Source: Antedon mediterranea
Taxonomy: Eukaryota; Animalia; Echinodermata
Direction of reading: 5' to 3'
DNA: 64,000 nucleotides
NCBI RefSeq assembly: GCF_964355755.1
Contig: NC_092670.1
Coordinates: 2,780,201 to 2,844,200, forward strand
The translations under genes were made by a program, and so were the position numbers. The number at the start of each line of letters is the position of its first letter. Position 1 is the stretch's first letter. Shown piece after piece: positions 62,498 to 64,000 of this stretch. The notes below the pieces were generated by a model. It saw only the letters and a list, made by a program, of their open reading frames with translations. It made no database searches and was not told the origin of the DNA.

Positions 62498-63109
62498 TGT
62501 AATATAACGATATACTGTTATATTTAAGAAATCGACCTTTGTATCGGAATTTAAATAGGTTCACAAACTTGACCCAGAAAGTCCAGAGGAGAGTTTGTCC
62601 AGATGTTTTTAATGACCATTTAGTTTATAATAGAATCCCTAAAGAAAACACTTAGCTTAATTTTGTGACTTTCCCATCGTTAAACCAGGAGTGATTGACA
62701 CTATTTAAGTACAGATTTGACAGTGTCATCCATCACAGAAATACCTTATTATACCGTTAATCACTCCCACTTAAACACCCCTGGATCAACTTAGGACCAA
62801 TCGTTACCCTCACAGATTATGTAATTGACATATGCTAATGAACTGAGCCAATATACTCCCAAGTTTCAGAAGGGCCCAGACACACCTTACAGCCATTTCA
62901 CGGAGTACACACCTCACAGCCACTTCTTCAGAAGCAGACCTACACACTTCACACCTCACTGACAGCATCATTGATCGTCCGTTCCTTATCTATACTTATA
63001 GTTGTATATTGTACTGAAGTATTATACTGAATAAACAATATATGTGTTACGACAGTCAAGCGAGTTAGAGTCTTTCATTAGTACCTCAACAACGCAACAT
63101 TATATTACA
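62498..63109 (+). repeat. 5' LTR of a second LTR retrotransposon
   Basis: TGTAATATAA...TTATATTACA inverted ends, AATAAA at 63030, PBS-like TGGTGGAAGACCCGGG directly after. Confidence 0.8.
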
Positions 63110-63645
63110 TGGTGGAAGACCCGGGCAAAGACAAAGAAGATAATCGAGGAAGACACAAAAGACAAGCTGAAATTATATTTGAATGAAATCGAGACAAGCA
63201 GAAATTTTATCAAATTATAACCATTGGATAAGGACAAAGAAGATAATCGAGGAAGACCCAAGCAGAATCAAAACAGAAGCAAGCGGACAAGAACTGTTTC
63301 GTTTGGACACTTTCAACTTCACGCCGTTTTTTTCGATCGTTTTTTTTAACATTTTTTTTTTTTGAACATTGATGAACACCTTTCGCATTTTTTTAAAATT
63401 CGTTGTTTGAAAAGTTGAACATTGATGAGCACTTTAACATTTTTTTTAATTCGTTGTTTGAACATTTAAACATTTTTGTACACTTTTTGCATTCCTTTAC
63501 TTCATTTTTAATTGGATCCGAAGCATTTGGGGTAAGTCGAAACCATTTTGATCTTTGATTTGTAACCCTGATTGAAAAGTGAGAGTTTACATATATATAC
63601 ACTAAATTGTTTTTGATATTTGATTAATAATTAATATTATGAAGT

Positions 63646-64000
63646 ATGGTCGACATTGTTGATAACGAAGTAATTTTAAATGAGCCCGTCAATCCTCACC
63701 CCGTGCCCCACCTAAGACAAACCGATTTCCTTCCCAAAAGATATGACGGTTCCATAACCGATCACGACCAATGTAGTGCACACTACTTATCGTTTACCGA
63801 CTACCTTGAGGCCCACACGTTAGAAAACCTTGTAAACAATGCCCAATTAATTAATGTAATAAGTATTTTTAAACGTAGCCTTCAGGGCCAAGCTAGACTC
63901 TGGATTGAGGGAAAGCAGTTCGATTCACTAGAATCCTTAAAAACCCAATTCATCAACAGGTTTAGTAAAAACAAATCAATCTATGCGCACATAAGAGAAT
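63646..64000 (+). CDS. gag: Gypsy-type gag, running off the window end
   Basis: MVDIVD...FLPKRYDGS...FKRSLQGQARLWIE...LESLKTQFINRF (Retrotrans_gag pattern). Confidence 0.75.
   Translation, partial: MVDIVDNEVILNEPVNPHPVPHLRQTDFLPKRYDGSITDHDQCSAHYLSFTDYLEAHTLENLVNNAQLINVISIFKRSLQGQARLWIEGKQFDSLESLKTQFINRFSKNKSIYAHIRE

Overview
AT-rich, intron-containing eukaryotic DNA, most likely an invertebrate animal; the taxon cannot be fixed from the sequence. About 11.9-32.8 kb holds a minus-strand gene of at least 25 exons that I could splice in frame (about 1,390 aa, 5' end missing). It encodes a kinase-less ROCO protein: Roc GTPase, COR, death domain, ZU5 with an HF|S autoproteolysis motif, UPA and tandem DEDs, i.e. 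an NLRP1/CARD8/PIDD-like layout. At 39.5-50.5 kb is a three-level nest: a BEL/Pao gag fragment, interrupted by a Gypsy LTR retrotransposon with identical LTRs, itself interrupted by an intact P-superfamily DNA transposon. That transposon appears to encode its transposase in two convergent genes, the catalytic core on + and the C-terminal domain on -. The window also has short palindromes between 7-bp direct repeats that look like P-type excision footprints, including a stacked array at 36.56-36.68 kb. Other contents: Helentron-type non-autonomous elements, an Academ-like long-TIR element, several MITEs, LINE and Penelope remnants, a minimal hammerhead ribozyme, minisatellites and the start of a second Gypsy element at the right edge. 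All family assignments are by eye from motifs; no searches were run.
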